From: Cirrosporium novae-zelandiae
Taxonomy: Eukaryota
Direction of reading: 5' to 3'
DNA: 64,000 bases
Assembly: GCA_026023565.1 (NCBI GenBank)
Contig: JAPETS010000004.1
Location: 868,001 to 932,000 of the forward strand
Below the pieces are notes generated by a model. It saw nothing but the letters and a program-made list of their open reading frames with translations. It was not told the origin of the DNA and searched no databases. Both the position numbers and the translations under genes were made by a program. Shown here in pieces: positions 62,198 to 64,000 of this stretch. The number at the start of each line of letters is the position of its first letter. Positions within the stretch are counted from its first letter, which is position 1.

Positions 62198-63505
62198 CTA
62201 TAGCTTCTGGTACTCGAGTTTCCCTTCTAGTTTCTTTGCCTCGGCAACTTTTCGTACGGCTTTGTTCATATCATCTTGGTTGATAGAGTCCCTGTAGTCT
62301 TTGATAGCAAATAGACCCCTGTGAAGCGCACGAATGTCAATTTGTCGTTTCTAGATATTTGATCAGGTTTGAGATAAACTTACGCTTCTGTAATAACGTT
62401 CCTCAAATCTGCTCCGTTGAGTCCGTCACTCATCTTAACCACACTTTCAAAATCTATCTCGCCTTCCAACGCCACTCCTGCGGCATGGATCTTTAAGATT
62501 TCCAACCGGCCAACCTCATTAGGCAGTGGGATTTCGATCTTCCTATCCAGCCTTCCCGCTCTCAGCAATGCTGGATCCAATGTATCAGGTCGATTTGTCG
62601 CCATAATTATCTTTGTCTGACCCAAATAATCGAAACCGTCAAGCTGGTTAAGAAGCTCCATAAGAGTCCGCTGGATCTCACGGTCGGCGGATGTACCTTC
62701 GCTGAAACGGCGACCCCCAATAGCGTCAATTTCATCCATGAAGATAATGCAAGGAGCATGTTCTTTAGCGTAGCCAAACATTTCACGGATGAGACGAGCA
62801 GACTCGCCGATATATTTATCAACAATGGCGGAGGAGACAACTTTCAAGAAGTTGGTCTCTAAACCGCTAGCTACTGCTCTTGCTAAGAGTGTTTTGCCCG
62901 TGCCCGGTGGACCGTAGAGAAGCACACCTTTAGGAGGCTTTATACCTACTCGTAAGAAGAGTTCGGGATTCTTCAATGGGAGTTCGATGACCTCTCGTAG
63001 TTCCCGTATCTGATCATTGAGACCACCGATCCCCGCAAAGCTGACCTGTCCTGGATCTTCCAATGACATGTTATAAACGAGGGGATCAACTTCCCGGGGA
63101 AGCATTCGCATAATTGTTAATGTTGTCATGTCCAAGGCTACTCGGGTGCCCTGCTTGAGCTTGACCTTGTCAACCTTGGAGCGGCAGCCGACGACATATC
63201 GAGGGCCAGAGGAAGCTTTGACGATAACTGTAGGGATAGAGATGATTAGTATATTGTTATGAACATTTAGAATCTGCTAGGAGCTTACATCTCTCTTCAT
63301 CTAACTGCTTCAGAACTTCACCTATTATCTGTCCAACACTCTGTAGAGCTTTGATGTTCTCTTCGGTAGTATCAAAGTCCTTCTGCAAACCTTTGATATC
63401 TAACCGTAGAGCTTTCAGCTTTGCCTCCCATTCTCTAGACTCTAACAACTTTCCCTTATACTGCTCCAGAGCCTGCTCCCTCTCCGGGTCGTTTGCGGAA
63501 CTCAT
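62198..63505 (-). CDS. RPT4: 26S proteasome AAA-ATPase subunit Rpt4; 3 exons
   Basis: [102 protein letters not shown]. Confidence 0.97.
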
Positions 63506-64000
63506 AGCTCGAAATATGGGCGTGTTGATGTTGGACCTTGGATGGGACGGATCACGGGTTGAGGATCCTTGGCCGCTAGATTGAAGACTGATTAACGGTT
63601 CAGTTCAAACAGAGGATCAATCCGATAGGTGGGCGGTAGGCGATTAGGTCAATATCAGTTGATGGAAAATTTTAGAAGGTCCACAAAAAAAAGGGCGTCA
63701 AGTTGAGATAGTTAGATGATAGTAACGCAAATCTACCACATACGACGGTTGGGTTGTACAGAGCACCAGAACACCTCATATGTAAGCCGTTGGTGTTGAA
63801 TGTTGATTTGGCAGCCAGGACCGCCAGCAAGGGTGCCTTAGGTAGCTTTTTTGGCTTTTCCCTAGTTGGCCTTAGGCAACGGATCCGATGGGACGGATAA
63901 TTAGATTTCCCGAATGGCTGTATCATACCAGGATATGGACGGTATGATGATTATGATGATGAGGGGTCGCCATAACTCTCAGGCACTCAACAATAATATC

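Overview
Eukaryotic, intron-containing DNA from a filamentous ascomycete (Pezizomycotina-like GT-AG introns with CTAAC/CTGAC branch points). It holds about 25 mostly housekeeping or secreted-protein genes: a GH74 xyloglucanase (5'-truncated by the window), XIP-type aquaporin, AMID/AIF-like oxidoreductase, purine nucleoside permease, IKS1 kinase, DUF985 cupin, MFS transporter, class II DAHP synthase, Cu-only SOD, HYPK, CorA-like protein, ATG5, CSA/Rad28, NOG2, mS26/PET123-like, a But2-domain wall protein, Ral2/Mds3, BCAT, ERV2 and RPT4. Two to three decaying genes are also present. Non-coding features the ORF track misses: (i) an intronic H/ACA snoRNA in NOG2 whose two pockets match snR191/U19 targets, plus a second, unassigned H/ACA-like RNA in another NOG2 intron; (ii) a 472-bp hAT-type MITE with 14-bp TIRs, an 8-bp TSD and a 32-bp central palindrome; (iii) two copies of an ~90-bp solo-LTR-like element, each with a 5-bp TSD; (iv) a spliced 91-aa secreted pro-peptide gene. 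I cannot claim a new biological system. The best leads are the second NOG2 intronic RNA, the small pro-peptide and the cupin-MFS-DAHP trio. Exon boundaries were read by eye and product names come from recalled motifs, not database searches.
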